The notes beneath the pieces were generated by a model. The model searched no databases and was not told the origin of the DNA. It was given only the letters and a program-made list of their open reading frames with translations. This document shows positions 1 through 14,522 of a stretch of 64,000 nucleotides of DNA, piece by piece. How positions within the stretch are numbered: position 1 is the first letter of the stretch; each line of letters begins with the position of its first letter. The DNA comes from Eledone cirrhosa (Eukaryota). The translations under genes were made by a program, and so were the position numbers. The stretch spans positions 73,284,001 through 73,348,000 of the forward strand of contig OZ024747.1 of NCBI GenBank assembly GCA_964016885.1, written 5' to 3'.

Positions 1-960
1 TACATACCATTTATAAACGCATACATTTAAACACACATATGCAGAATCACATATACATCTACTTCCTGTACGCTCAGAAAGAAAACAGAGTTGCTGACAA
101 GGCAATGAAAGAGGACATATATATTTTCTCGAGCAGCTAGAAATAGCAGTTAAATCTTCGGAAAATCATTCCCTACTCTCTTGAAAGTAGATTATGCGCT
201 TTGGTTCCAAAATACATGGAAAAAATATTATTCACGTCTTGAATACGTATGATGAAAGATCTGTTCCATCAGGTCTGAAGTAAATCCTTCTCCCTCAATG
301 CTGGCAATGGTTGGGTGGCTTATCAGGGTCAGATAATACAGGTCGGAGAGAAATTATCTTCAACAAACATTCCGTATCCCAACACGCCAACTACCATACA
401 GAGTGGAGGTTACAGGGTGCAAAAGTATGGTAGATCCAGCACTACTTCTATACAAAGTGTATTGAGTGCTTTTTATCATGACACCAATATGAAAGAGGTC
501 ACCATATTCTCGTCCTAACGTAAGAGTTTTCTCTACACTATATTGCCTCCGTTCGATCACCATCCTCTTCACATAATGTAGCATGAAGGAAGACCAAGCT
601 AAAGACAAGACAACACTCTCGCCTACCCCCGTTGACCATACAAAATGATGTCCCAAATGAGTCATTGCAAAAGAGTCAATCAGTGTCCTAAGCATGAAGG
701 GAGGCAATTTGCTAAATTTGCTAAATTTGCTAAATTTGCTAAATTTATTAGTGAGAAATAACAGATTTATATAGATTATAAGGAACATAGAATCATAACC
801 TGAAATTAAAATAGTTTATATGTATACTTATTGGTATAAAGTTTAGGAAAAGATAACCGTAAAAGGGAAATAAAATTATGCAGTTCATTAGTAGTAGAAT
901 ATTAATTATAGGTAAACTAATTTAAAAAAAGTGTTATTATAATAATTTCTAAAGTGTATA

Positions 961-1246
<286 letters not shown>

Positions 1247-1377
1247 GATAAATCTACCAAGAGTTTACGGTAGTGTCCAATCCGTATGAAGAACTCAATG
1301 TAATCCGGATATCATGGAAAGAAGAGATGCATTCAAAAATCACTTTCGGTGAAAGATAAACGGAATACAGAGTCAAG

Positions 1378-1795
1378 ATAAAATATTAAAAAAATAATGA
1401 ATAAAACAATGAAACAGTTCCTTATATTAAACAAAAAAAGTTCATTATTTAACGATCGTTTCTAGGACATATATGTGTTAGAATTGGTATGCATATTCAA
1501 CAGATCTATGTACAAAATTATACAAAATTATACAAATTATCAAATATAATATACATACCAACACATACATATGCCGTCTTCAGAAATAATGAAGACGGCA
1601 TATGTATGTGTTGGTATGTATATTATATTTGATAATTTGTATAATTTTGTATAATTTTGTACATAGATCTGTTGAATATGCATACCAATTCTAACACATA
1701 TATGTCCTAGAAACGATCGTTAAATAATGAACATTTTTTGTTTAATATAAGGAACTGTTTCATTGTTTTATTCATTATTTTTTTAAATATTTTAT
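1378..1795. repeat. Near-perfect fold-back (arms 1378-1582 and 1590-1795, 7-nt loop); Penelope-type inverted pseudo-LTR remnant
   Basis: The arms are reverse complements over ~205 bp with about two differences. The right arm runs into (TA)n; the left arm continues into unique sequence 1255-1377. Confidence 0.9.
1441..1593 (-). ncRNA. Minimal type I hammerhead ribozyme motif with long stem II
   Basis: Minus strand reads TTCATTATTT-CTGAAGA-[~115-nt self-complementary region]-GAAA-CGATCG-TT-AAATAATGAA: 10-bp stem I, CUGANGA and GAAA core boxes, palindromic stem III/loop, GUU site. Confidence 0.7.
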
Positions 1796-1817
1796 ATATA
1801 TATATATATATATAACA

Positions 1818-2160
1818 AGAGTATCATGTTAACACATCAAAGCAACATGTGGATTACAAAACAATATATATATGTGTGTGTATGTGTATAAATACATATA
1901 TATATATATATATACATATATACATATATATACATACACACTCACTGACACACATACAATTATGCACACACACACACACACATAAATATACATATATACA
2001 TATATATATACATATACAGATATATATATATATGTGTGCATGTGTATTTGTATGTATGTGAGTGAGTGTGTATGTATGCATATATGTATTTACACACATA
2101 CATATACATTGTTTTTTATTCCACATGTTGCTTTGTCGTGTTAACATTATACTATCCTCA
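1818..2160. repeat. ~47-bp imperfect inverted repeat enclosing a compound TA/CA/TG microsatellite
   Basis: GAGTATCATGTTAACACATCAAAGCAACATGTGGATTACAAAACAAT (~1819-1865) versus ATTGTTTTTTATTCCACATGTTGCTTTGTCGTGTTAACATTATACTA (2108-2154). Confidence 0.8.
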
Positions 2161-3028
2161 GAATGTTTTGTAATAAATAGTCTTTTTTAAATTTTGTCGA
2201 ACATCAACATAGTTTTATTTTCTGCATTTATACTGCGTTTTATTTAAATGTTATTACAGCTCAAATGTCTCTGTCCCAACAGTACGTAACAAATACTTCA
2301 CACTTTAGGCATAATATTATGTTGGTGAGTGTCATAGGGGCAATAAAATCTGAAACTACGTTGATGTCAGCATATTTCTGATAATTGTTTCATCGTTTCA
2401 CTAGGGAAATCGAACTTAAAGGCATCAAATTATACATAATGAAGTAGTTAGCTCTATGCTACCATTTACACCAGATATCATTAAACAAATGTCCGCCTGT
2501 GACATGGTCCCAGGTGACCTTGTTGCATGCGAACCCCCATTCCTCCACCCTTACGACACACCTACACATGCACACACCAAATTGATTGGCTATGATTGAT
2601 ATTTTTATTTTTGTCATGGAACATATTTTAATATTTTTTTGCCAACGATATTTCCAAATCAGTTTTCGCGATATTTAACAGTAAAAGTATTACTTTATAT
2701 GGATTTATGTTTTATTTTATCAACTTCGTTCTAAATCTGATATACGTGTGTATCAGAAAATATCTTTATCCACGACTACTTGTCAGCTTTTGCTCCTTTG
2801 CGAGGGAGACAGTATATGATTACAATTATGTCTTAAAATATTAAAGGGTTCATTAAGAATATAAAAAGTAATCACATGAACAGATGTTAAATCTTTAAAA
2901 ATAGTTATTGTTTTGAAAATGTTTCTAAGATTTGAAATTTGGACCTTAATTCTTACCATTGACGATTGTTAGTGTTTTGTCCCATTCAGAAGTAACAACA
3001 AATCAGTGGCAAGGAAAATAGAAAAAAT

Positions 3029-3226
3029 AATTGTTTCTACTTTTGGCACAAGGCCAGACAATTATCCCAGTGTATTACTGGTACTTTATTTTATCGACCC
3101 CGTAAGAATGAAAGACAAAGTTAACCTCGGCGGGATTTGAACTCAGACCGTAAAGGGACGTAACTCTTTTTTGCTGCAAAGCATGGCGTCTGACCCTCTA
3201 CCGATACTGGCAATCCACCGCCCTTA
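3029..3226 (-). mobile_element. tRNA-derived SINE, family A
   Basis: B-box-like GAGTTCAAATCC on the minus strand. The body (CCTCGGCGGGATTTGAACTCAG; GTACTTTATTTTATCGACCCC; GGCACAAGGCC) recurs about 15 times in the window. Confidence 0.85.
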
Positions 3227-3399
3227 GAAAATAGCAAAAATAATGATAATAAATTAGACACACACACACACACAGATAAATATATATACATTACATATAC
3301 ATTCTTGTGGCAAATACAATTGGTACATTTAGTGGGCAACATACAGTGGACATAGAAAAGACTGAGATTTCGTATGGTGCTAAGATCATGTTAGGAAAA

Positions 3400-3695
3400 G
3401 CTTAACTCTGTGTGTTTTGTTTTTCGATTAGTCAAAGGACCGTACGGGGGAAACTGCTTCTCTGGTTACCAGTTGTAAAGAGCCGAGTGGGACGCCCAAA
3501 CACAGCCATCAGGCGAGGGATACAGGATTCACTAGACGAGATCATCAGCTGCATTGAAAGATTGGGAAATCTGGAACAAGAACTTTCTAGATACTCCACC
3601 TTCTATGGAGTGATGACTCTAAAAACAATAACAACAACAACAACAACAACAGCAGCAGCAGCAGCGACAACAACAACAACAACAACAACAACAAC
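3400..3695 (+). mobile_element. RTE-clade LINE 3' end with (ACA)n tail
   Basis: Translation KLLLWLPVVKSRVGRPNT... resembles RTE C-termini (LLWxP...RxxGRP), followed by a trinucleotide tail. Confidence 0.5.
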
Positions 3696-3927
3696 TCTCT
3701 CTCTCTCTCAGTAGCCTATCACACCAATATTACATATGGTGTATGCATGCAGACATATTTCAATATACAGAATTATTTTATATCCATTGTGTGACGCAGC
3801 AACTGTAAGTTATCCATTGATAAACACACATACACACACATACACACATACATACACACATATATATATAATGCATATATTCAAGCATAAATATATATAT
3901 AAAATATACGTATATATAATATAATAT

Positions 3928-4118
3928 AATTGTTTCTACCTTTGGCACAAGGCCAGCAGTTACCCAGTACATTACTGGTACTTTATTTTATCGAACCCAT
4001 AAGGACGAAAGGGAAAGTTGACCTCGGCGGGATTTGAACTCAGAATGGAAAGGGCCATAACTCTATGCGTCAAAGCATGGCGTCCGACCCTCTACCGATA
4101 CTGCCAATCCACCGCCCT
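3928..4118 (-). mobile_element. tRNA-derived SINE, family A
   Basis: Closely similar to 3029-3226 and to the reverse complement of 11781-11971. Confidence 0.85.
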
Positions 4119-4646
<528 letters not shown>

Positions 4647-5575
4647 AATGCTGTACCATGCAACATACCATTGATAGTGGAAGTCATAGGAATTTTCACT
4701 TGCACACTATGGACAGTTAATGATATTTATCCATCTACAGCCTTTTTGCTTACTTATTCTTTTCTCTGCTTTTTTATTTGATATTATATATCGGACGAAG
4801 CCAATCTTTTCTCCATTTTTAACTGGCGATTACAATAGCGTAATGGTTTTTACGAGCATTCAATACTTCTCATGTTTATACTCAACACTTTTTCCTTCTT
4901 TCATTTTGGATATTGCTTATAATATAATGTTGTAAAAAATGATCTCTGTATAAAAATTGACTTCGCCCTAAACCAGTGCATCCACCTCCCTATTGGCTCT
5001 CATTTTAGTTATGTTTTTTACATATCTATATTTCTTTTTCGTTATTGTTGTTGTGTCTATTGTGTATATTTTGTTTTCTCTAGTTGTCTATAAAGCTTAG
5101 CTTTTATCAATATGGCTCCGATGCTAATCAATAAAATAGATGTAGTTTAAAAAGATAAATAACATTCAGAACATTAGTCAATAGAAGTTGTTCAATGTAA
5201 TGAATCTATCTATCTATCTATCTATCTCATCTTTATATTTATATATATACATATATATGTATATATATGTATGTATATATATATATGTATATATATGTAT
5301 ATATATGTATACATACATATACACACATTTATATATATATATATTCATATATATATATTCTTATATATATATGAAAAGGAATGACCCCGACGGCGGTGCT
5401 CAAGCCGTTTCGACGGCTATTTCTGGACTACTATTATCCACTCTACTACCCTCAGTATTGAGTACTCTGGTGCGTTATGGTCCATTTGGTTCCTTACTAC
5501 AACTCCTTCGTTATATATATATATATGTCGACCTACTCATCTACCTAGCTATACATTTAAGAAAAACTGTATAAG

Positions 5576-5663
<88 letters not shown>

Positions 5664-5699
5664 GTGTGTTCCAAGTTCTTTGTGGGTATAAACGTGTGA

Positions 5700-6900
5700 G
5701 AGATACAGCATACGAGGCTATGATACTACAATCGTAGTGCACGGTAAATTCAATTTAGAGATCTATTCGTTTTCTTGGAGGATTTGTAGAAATATAGGAG
5801 ATTGTTCACCCTTTATATGTGTCAGTATTTTTCTAGTATTCTGAAGAACTCTTTTGCTATTTTGCTGCTTACAATTATCGGACTGCAAACATGTTGAAGT
5901 CCTGTCTTGAAGGAATCATTGTATCGAAATTTGTTTGGTTTTGCAAGAGTTTCTTATATGTTAGGGGACTACTATCCTTTATGTTTACACTTAAATAGGA
6001 CAATGTTTTTCTACTGTGGCCTTATATATCTCCACAATACTTATTCTTAATTAAGAATTACTATTTTATTTATTTTATATACTCTATACCATAAATCTCT
6101 TAAGATGCATGTATAGTTATTGGTGTTGCCATAGTCCCTTCAGATAGCTGATAAATTCATCCTTTTTTTCTATGTTATAATGGTAAACTATGAGTTGTGC
6201 CATGTCATATCGAATTTTTCTGATGCCAGGGAGAATTGTTGAAAACATCAAAATATTGGATATTTTGCAACTGGGAATCGTCTTCCTTGCTTTTAATAAA
6301 TTCATTAAGAAGTTGAATTAACTTTCAATTCATGTTCTATTTGGAAATCAAATTTCTAGATATTTCTATTTCGTTTTGAATCATTATTCTGTTTATTTTA
6401 TGTTATATGCCATACGTTTTTATCTGGACTATTTCGATTTAATATGAATACAATTTAATACAAAATAATGAGAAAATGTTATTTCCCCATCTAACAAATC
6501 TGTTGTTTGATTGTTTGAATCTCCGAGTGTTTGCCCTGGTATTTCTAAAATCACCAAACCTAGGAAGTACACGCTTTCATCAATAAATGTTATGCAAAAA
6601 TATATTGTGATTAATATTGGATGAAATAACTATCCTAAGTATGAAACGGGATGGTAGGTTGATGTGCATCAAACCCAGACCTAATTGTTTACAAATATAT
6701 TATTCATTAATAGATTGTTTTACTTCTGATGATACAGAACGGAAACGTTTCATAAAAAATGAGGAATATTACAAAAAAAAACAAAAAACGAAGAAGTTTG
6801 ACATTTTACATTGTTGAATGTTAAAAACCATTATTGAATCTTTCATGAGGATATGGTGGTTGCTACTAACCGATATTCTTCATAAGCATTATCAACTTGT
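5700..6900 (-). pseudogene. Possible highly decayed Penelope-like RT/thumb region
   Basis: Scattered minus-strand motifs only (ITFIDESVYFLGLVILE resembling FLDxxI; FSHYFVLNCIH resembling YLxFxSxHP), with many stops. Confidence 0.25.
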
Positions 6901-7319
6901 TCAAACGGCTGCAGACTTCGTTGATTGATATTTTAGAATTTAAAAATTTAAGCAATTAGGAAAATGATATACTCAACAGATAACATTATTTTAATTCAGT
7001 TCATTTTAGTTTGTCATTGTATAGAAAAATACTAAACATACTGCCGTATTATTTTGTATACTGTGTTAATAGGTCAAAACCAAGTAAACTGGTCTATAGG
7101 CAGTCGCTCGACTGATTAGAAATAGCAACCATATCTTATTCAAGTTCCCACTACCATTTGAAAAAGTAAAGTGTACATTAAATAATGTAGTCCTTGATAC
7201 ACAGAGTGTGAAAGAACACCTTAGAACATGGTTCGAATTCTTCCAGTCATTACTCAAGAATCCTGATCATAGATAAAAGATGGCACGAATACTGAATTGA
7301 AGATAGCAAGATTGGCTTT

Positions 7320-7610
7320 TCCACCTAGCTTTATTCTTTTGATGACCAACTGGGCTGCTGCAGAAATGCACCAGCTGCATCAGCTCTTGCAATTCTTGGA
7401 TCAAAATGTTTTATAACTTTCATCCTTCGTGAGAATGGTCACGGGATAATTAAACGTCTTCACCTGCTTTAGGTGAACTCCTCCCACAAGTAGGCTGCTC
7501 TGCGCAGACTTCTTTGAGAGAACGAGCGTCTCAGTAATGGCAGCATTGATTTTTATTCCTGCCTCGACTGAACAATTCCAAATAAAGTAAAGTCTACCAG
7601 TTGTGTAAAC
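7320..7610 (-). mobile_element. RTE-clade LINE RT fragment
   Basis: LKQVKTFNYPVTILTKDE...PRIARADAA matches the LKQVEKFKYLG...RIxKAxAV region; same family as 16165-16435. Confidence 0.65.
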
Positions 7611-8935
7611 CACGTAGTGATTACAATAATGGATTGGTAGGTTTCACGTCACTCGAGGATCGTAACAAAGTTTTTGTATTGGAATGTAGCCGCGCTAATA
7701 TACTTACATCACCATATCACAGCAACGGTCTAAGGAAAATATTTCATGACATACGATTCCAGTATTCTGATACATACAACTCTGAGTATTAGTGTCTCTG
7801 AACGAAATCAATATCAACTTTTTTCTATTATATTTATGAGGTCGTTGCAACGAAGTTGTTTCAATGGGAGCGACGTTAATAGAAGAATACTTGTATTCTG
7901 AAAGATGATTTATTTAGAAGAATGCTAAAGAACGTTTTCCTTTATACTCCGAATCTTTAGACTATATGGATATTAAAGAAAAATAAACAAAAATAACGAC
8001 TGAATAAAAATTCATTTATTTTTCTCAACTTCGATAATTCATGATACTGTTAATACTTTATTAAATATTTTTTCATTATTTTTTTTGCATTCCTATTAAT
8101 GGTAAAAATCTATTGAAAACAAAGACTTGTTTGTTTGAATATTTCTCACTTCAAATTTTTGTATTCGCCAAAGAAAATATAGCTGTAATAATTCTTCCAA
8201 TCTGAGAGGAAACGTATATCAACAAAAATCATTAATAATGATAACGCTTACGTTTTTTCCCTTTCTCGAATGAATTCTACAAAAGAACAACTGCAGCAAA
8301 TAGGAAGGGACAGGATGAAACCATGGAATTTATCGAACACGGAAGTGGTGAATTTATTTTGTTGTATATTTTTGGAAAAAAAAAGAGGAAAGAGAAAACA
8401 AAACGCTTCGAAATATCATATAGAAATATTATTTGAAATACGGTAAGATGAACAGAAAATAGATAAAAATATGTGCAATTTTTGCATAGATGCAGAGAAT
8501 GAACACTATGTATTATTGATGGAAATATCTGACTCAGTTGACCTACCTGTCTAATGTTTTAAAACCAACATTTAATTCTGATTCAGGCCTTCACTAAACG
8601 ACACAGAATTTTCTTCATGCGCTTTTACGCTAATTTCTTTCGAAATTTATATTCCTACCATTACTACTCTCAGCAGTTTTATTCCAATTATTACTTTCTC
8701 TAGTATTTATATTCTTATCGTTACTTTTCCCAGAATTTATAGCCTCACCATTGCTTTCAAGAAACATTGCCAACCGTAGCAACTCCATCCACAATAGCTT
8801 ACCATGTCACTTCTTCTAACATAACCATATCTTATGAACATATAAATAGGAAATCCTCAACATAAACTTATGTTGCAATATGAGTAACTGAAATATTTAA
8901 AACTCCGCGAGTTTAATACGTAAGATAATGTTTAT

Positions 8936-8954
8936 CTCCCCCCCCCTCTCTCTC

Positions 8955-8993
<39 letters not shown>

Positions 8994-9162
8994 GCATGCA
9001 TGCATATATAAAAATAATTATATTTACATATATATACATAAGCACACACATAAATATATACATACACACACATGCACATACATACATCCACACACACACA
9101 CACACACACACACACGCGCGCGTGCACACACACACACACACACACGCGCACGCACACACACA

Positions 9163-9253
<91 letters not shown>

Positions 9254-9260
9254 TATTAGC
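8936..9260. repeat. Compound (TA)n/(CA)n microsatellite
   Basis: Directly visible. Confidence 0.95.
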
Positions 9261-9387
9261 ATAGATTAAATGTTTAAGCAAATAATTTCTGCTTTTACCT
9301 TATATTATTTATAAGCAATGCATTAAATGTTCCTGTATAAGAATGAACTGTATGGATACAGCAGCGGATTTCCTTGTAGCTGTTTAA

Positions 9388-9419
<32 letters not shown>

Positions 9420-9428
9420 ATATATATA

Positions 9429-9459
<31 letters not shown>

Positions 9460-10160
9460 GTAATTATTCTTGCATGAAAAACATACACGCATACATAATT
9501 ATACGTCAATGAAAAATACACACGTATATATATGTATATATATATGCGTATATACATACAAACAAACATATATAGATACATACGCACACACACACACACA
9601 CACATACTGTATATATATATATATATACTCACATATTCTTTCTTAAACTAGAGAAAAATTACTCAGTATTTATTGTACGAAGTTGGTAAAGCTCGCGTCC
9701 ATCTCCGTAGTTTCGCATTTTGCACGTTTTATCAGATGACGAAATTTATATCCTGAAACATTTTACAACCAATATATAACAGCAGATATAATTATAAAAA
9801 AAACGTATGTGTAAAGATTTCAAAGTGATAAGCCATGTCTGATGTCTTGTCACTAAATACATGTCAGTGTTCACAATAACTGTCGTAATATTACAGTGAT
9901 ATATGTTATGATAAAATCCCGGAACAGAAAATAACAAAGACCTGTTTGGGAAACGGTTAGTATAAGTTTGATTGCAGAGTTCGATGAGTTCATTTGTCGT
10001 GAATACTACAGAATCTAACTCCTGATGGAATGGAAAGGGTATGTTTAAAACCGGGTGGAGCCCATCCCCTCCCCAGGTCTGAATACAGCAGATTTCTTCC
10101 TGAGAAGGATAGAGAGTGTGAGACAATGGAAATGAGAATGAGATATAGAGGAAGAATCGA

Positions 10161-10314
10161 CATCAGTAGTAGACTGGTACTTTTTTTATCGACTTTCAAT
10201 GGATGAAAGACAAAGTTGACCTCGGCGGGATGTTAATTCAGAGATCAGTGAGTCGGAACTAATACCGTAAAGTATTCTATCCAACGTCTTAACGACTCTG
10301 CCAATTCGCTGGCC
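10161..10314 (-). mobile_element. tRNA-derived SINE, family A (diverged)
   Basis: Shared core ATGAAAGACAAAGTTGACCTCGGCGGGAT. Confidence 0.75.
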
Positions 10315-10831
10315 TTTCAGAAGTGTAATAGAGTGTAATTTCAAAGAACTTTTACACGATTTTGTGAGAGGGTTCCGTGACTGTTATAGGGATGGGAGGA
10401 AGTTATCCTTCGGTATCTTGTCTATCTATGAAAATCACCTACGCTTATGGTGCAGGATGGTGTAAAAAAGTATGTTAAGAGGTAAAGTTCAAAGACATTA
10501 CGTAAACAATAATACGCTTTATTGTGATATACACTGTTATAGACTAGAACATGTTGATATATATATTTGCAGACGAATATCCCACCTACATTCATAAGTA
10601 TTACTAACAACCCCCCACCCATGTCTGAATATCTCCTTCTCAAAGTTAGTTTTTATACTTTCAATAGTTTTTAAGCTAATGAAAAAGTGCGTGAGCAGAG
10701 TGAAATCCTAATAGCATTAGAATATCCTGAACACTGCTAGCCGTAATGTCAAGCCAGACATAATTGTTGTTAGTTATTCCTTCTTTTACTTCTTTCTAAT
10801 ACAGCTTCTGAAAGAAGATATTGTATTGAAG

Positions 10832-10870
<39 letters not shown>

Positions 10871-11085
10871 ATCGAAGATGACGTGGCAGTAGACGTCGAT
10901 GAAATTTGACAGAGGAAAAAGTAGAAAGCAAAAGAAAAGAAATGTAAGCGAAAATGCAGTTATATTGTGAAATATATGGAGAGTGATATGATAAGAAGAA
11001 ACCAAATATGAGACGGAGAACGGGTGGGGAAGATAGACACACACATATATATATATATATATTATACATACATATGTATACAATA

Positions 11086-11123
<38 letters not shown>

Positions 11124-11780
11124 TGTGTGTGTGTGTGCATGTGTGGTTGTGTGTGTATAAAGTGGTTATGTCTTGGAAGCTACTATAATACAGGTATGGT
11201 TGTAAATATTGAGGTAACAAGACTGGAGGAATGGTAGCTGTGTATTTGAGGGAAGTGGAATAAAATGAAAAGACAGAGATTATGGTACCTTAGTAATGTT
11301 TATTAGTTCTAATATATGCTGGATCTGTTATCCATTATTAAAGAATCCTTTGGGAGTAACCAGAGAATATCGGAGAGGACCATTTTTAGACCTCTGTGTG
11401 GTTTGAGTTATTACTAACTGGGTGCGTGGGGTTAATAGGGACCATCAACAGGGAGTAGTAATAATTTAGTAAGAGTTCAGTACTGTGGACAATTGCAATC
11501 CACATCTCCCACCCACAACTCCCCTCTCTCTCTTTCTCGTTCTCTGGAAGAAAACGGCTCCGTTGACCCAGGGAGGGGTTGGATTCTGCTAGGTTCAAAG
11601 TGTCACAACGCCCCCCCCCCTACGATTCTATCAGGTGTTACGGATCGATACATACATATATACCTAAATAGGTGTATGCATGTATGTATGTATATATGTA
11701 TATGCATGTATGTATTTACGTATGCATGTATGCATATATGTGTGTATTTATGTATATATGTATGTTCTGGTAAATTGTCA

Positions 11781-11971
11781 AGGGGCGGTGGATTGGCAGT
11801 ATCGGTAGAGGGTCGGACGCCATGTTTGACGCACAGAGTTACGGCCCTTTCCATTCTGAGTCCAAATCCCGCCAAGGTTAACTTTGCCTTTCATCCTTAC
11901 GGGGTCGATAAAATAAATTACCAGTAATGTACTGAGTAATTGCTGGCCTTGTGCCAAAATTAGAAACTATT
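11781..11971 (+). mobile_element. tRNA-derived SINE, family A, full length
   Basis: GGCGGTGGATTGGCAGTATCGG head (A-box-like), GAGTCCAAATCCCGCC (B-box-like), ends TGTGCCAAAATTAGAAACTATTAT. Confidence 0.85.
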
Positions 11972-12447
11972 ATCTTATAATTTTTTACCAATAGAGAAAG
12001 AGCCTGTTTCTATCAAGTATTCCCAATGTTGGTGACACAATAAACACATTGTGAGCCACTGTTTTATTGTACGCAGAGATTTCAGATGACCATATCTTAA
12101 TCGGGTGTAATATTCCCTGACTAGGCGTTCCTTGTTAGAATACCATCATAGGATATATTCCCATCTATCCGCAGGTATCTGTAGCAGTCCTGGTCATATA
12201 TCAGTGAAACAGTTAGGCTATTGATACAAATGTTGCTAGATTGTCTTGTAGTTTTTACCAGCTTGTGAACATTTATCCTGGCCAAACACCATTGCTATAT
12301 CCTTTGAGAACGTCGTAACCAGGTCAAGACATTTCTTATGTTCTTGGCATATGTAGGTACTATATAGTAATTTTTGCTAATCTGAACTATACCACTTGGC
12401 ACCGCGATCGTGACTTCACACCCCTCTCTCTCTCTATATATATATAT

Positions 12448-12547
<100 letters not shown>

Positions 12548-12646
12548 GTATATAGCAATAATAATAAATTTGAAGACTAAAATCCAAAGAGCGATCGATA
12601 AGGATAAATATATATAAAATATATAAGAACCGTAGAGCAAATATTT

Positions 12647-12736
12647 ATTAAAATAACAGATTAAAGTTTAAGCAAAGAATCGCTGCTTTCACCCTTAACG
12701 GGATCTTCTTTGCTTAAACTTTAATCTGTTATTTTA

Positions 12737-12738
<2 letters not shown>
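12647..12738. repeat. Perfect 33-bp inverted repeat (26-nt spacer) ending in (TA)n
   Basis: ATTAAAATAACAGATTAAAGTTTAAGCAAAGAA (12647-12679) and its reverse complement (12706-12738). A diverged copy of the left arm lies at ~9262-9300. Confidence 0.85.
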
Positions 12739-12773
<35 letters not shown>

Positions 12774-13496
12774 TGTGTGTGTGTGTGTGTGTGCGTGTAT
12801 GTGTATATATATATATATGTGTATGTGTATGTGTGTGCATGAGAGAGTGGTGTGTATGTTCCTATATATATGTTTGTATCTCACTCCATTATATAATCTG
12901 TAATTGTTATGGATGTGATTGACTGATATATATATATATATATATAGATAGATAGATAGATAGATAGATAGAGAACGAGAGAATGAGAGAGAGGGGATGG
13001 GGAGAAAATGGATAAGCACATTTTTCTAATAGCAACTATTCCAGCATATTATTGTTTTTGTGATGTTGTTGTTGAGGTAGTCATTGTTGTTAATTGTTGT
13101 TGTTGTTACCATCATCATCGTCGTCTCATATTTTGAATGCTATAGCTTTTCTTTTCAGAAAGGTTTATTCATTGCTGTCTAATTTGTGTGTTGTAGACTC
13201 ATAGACATTTTATGATTTTCACATACTTTTGTAATATTGGTGAAAAAAACCTGTTATTTGTTTGCGTTGTGGAGTTACACAGAATAAAACTGTAGACATG
13301 ATTATGGCTTCTTGGAATGTTATAGGCACGTTAATGGCTGATACTATTATACTGTTCTCTAGTAAAATTCTTGTTATTCTCCTATCTTTCAGTATTATCT
13401 GGAATTTTCCATCGCTTTCAGCCCATTTGAAAAAAACTTCTTTCCGTTCATATCTATCAACTAACCCTTTCTTTATTTTAGCCCTCGTTCTCTCTC

Positions 13497-13596
<100 letters not shown>

Positions 13597-13611
13597 CATA
13601 TGGAGATATAA

Positions 13612-13662
<51 letters not shown>

Positions 13663-14289
13663 TATACATATATATATATATATGTAAATATGTATATATT
13701 TATAAATATATATATATATATATACATAAATATATGTATATATATATATACCCATTTCTCTCTCTCTTCATCTGTTTCTCTCTCTCTCTCTATCATACAT
13801 ATATGACTTTCATCTCGACCTTGTTATATAAATTGATATAAATACACATGTCCCATCATATTCATACGTCCCTATTATATTTACATTTCTTTTGCTTTCT
13901 CCCCCTTTTATACTCTAGGTTTCTTCTATTCCTCTTACATTTCTATTTGTTTCTTTTTCATTTTTATTCTAGGCTTCGCTTTTCAATTCACCTTCTTTTC
14001 ATTTTCCCTCCTCAATGGTTGCTGAGCAGTAACTCAATTTCCTGGAAACAAGCTACAAAGAACCATTGATGATATGTTGATGATTCTATCGAAATGTTAG
14101 TCAACTGGTTGATGGCAGATTGTTGTCTCATCTTCGACGAATAAATGATGTTTAATATTCGGCGAAAAAATATTTAATAATTAATTTTCGCAACTAACCT
14201 AAGTATAGATTATAAATTTGTGATTGATTTTGAATAATGTTGACAACTACAAATATATTATTGCCAGACACAGGAACAACAGCAGGAAT

Positions 14290-14522
14290 AATGGTTTCTA
14301 ACATAGGCACAGCATTACTAGTTATACTTTTTTATTTCGGCTCAAGGTCTGCAATTTTGTGGGATAGAAGATGTCGTTTATACCGAACTCAGTGCTTGAC
14401 TAGTACCTTATTTTACCGACCCTGGAAATATGAAAGACAAAATTGACGTTGCCGGTATATGAACTCATAATGTAAAAAGCCAGAAGAATGATTGATAGTC
14501 TAACAATCCTGCTAATCCATCA
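14290..14522 (-). mobile_element. tRNA-derived SINE, family A (old)
   Basis: Diverged match to the family A body (TATTTTACCGACCC...ATGAAAGACAAAATTGAC...GAACTCA). Confidence 0.65.

Noticed and set aside
505-700. Hammerhead-like CTGATTGA...GAAA on the minus strand downstream of the Naiad-like fragment
   Set aside because: Core has an extra base and the flanks are direct repeats (GTCCTA), so no stem I can form.
5385-5470. Possible hammerhead remnant (minus CTGAGGG...GAAACGGC) and AGCCGT/ACGGCT hairpin
   Set aside because: Core and stem III are too degenerate to support.
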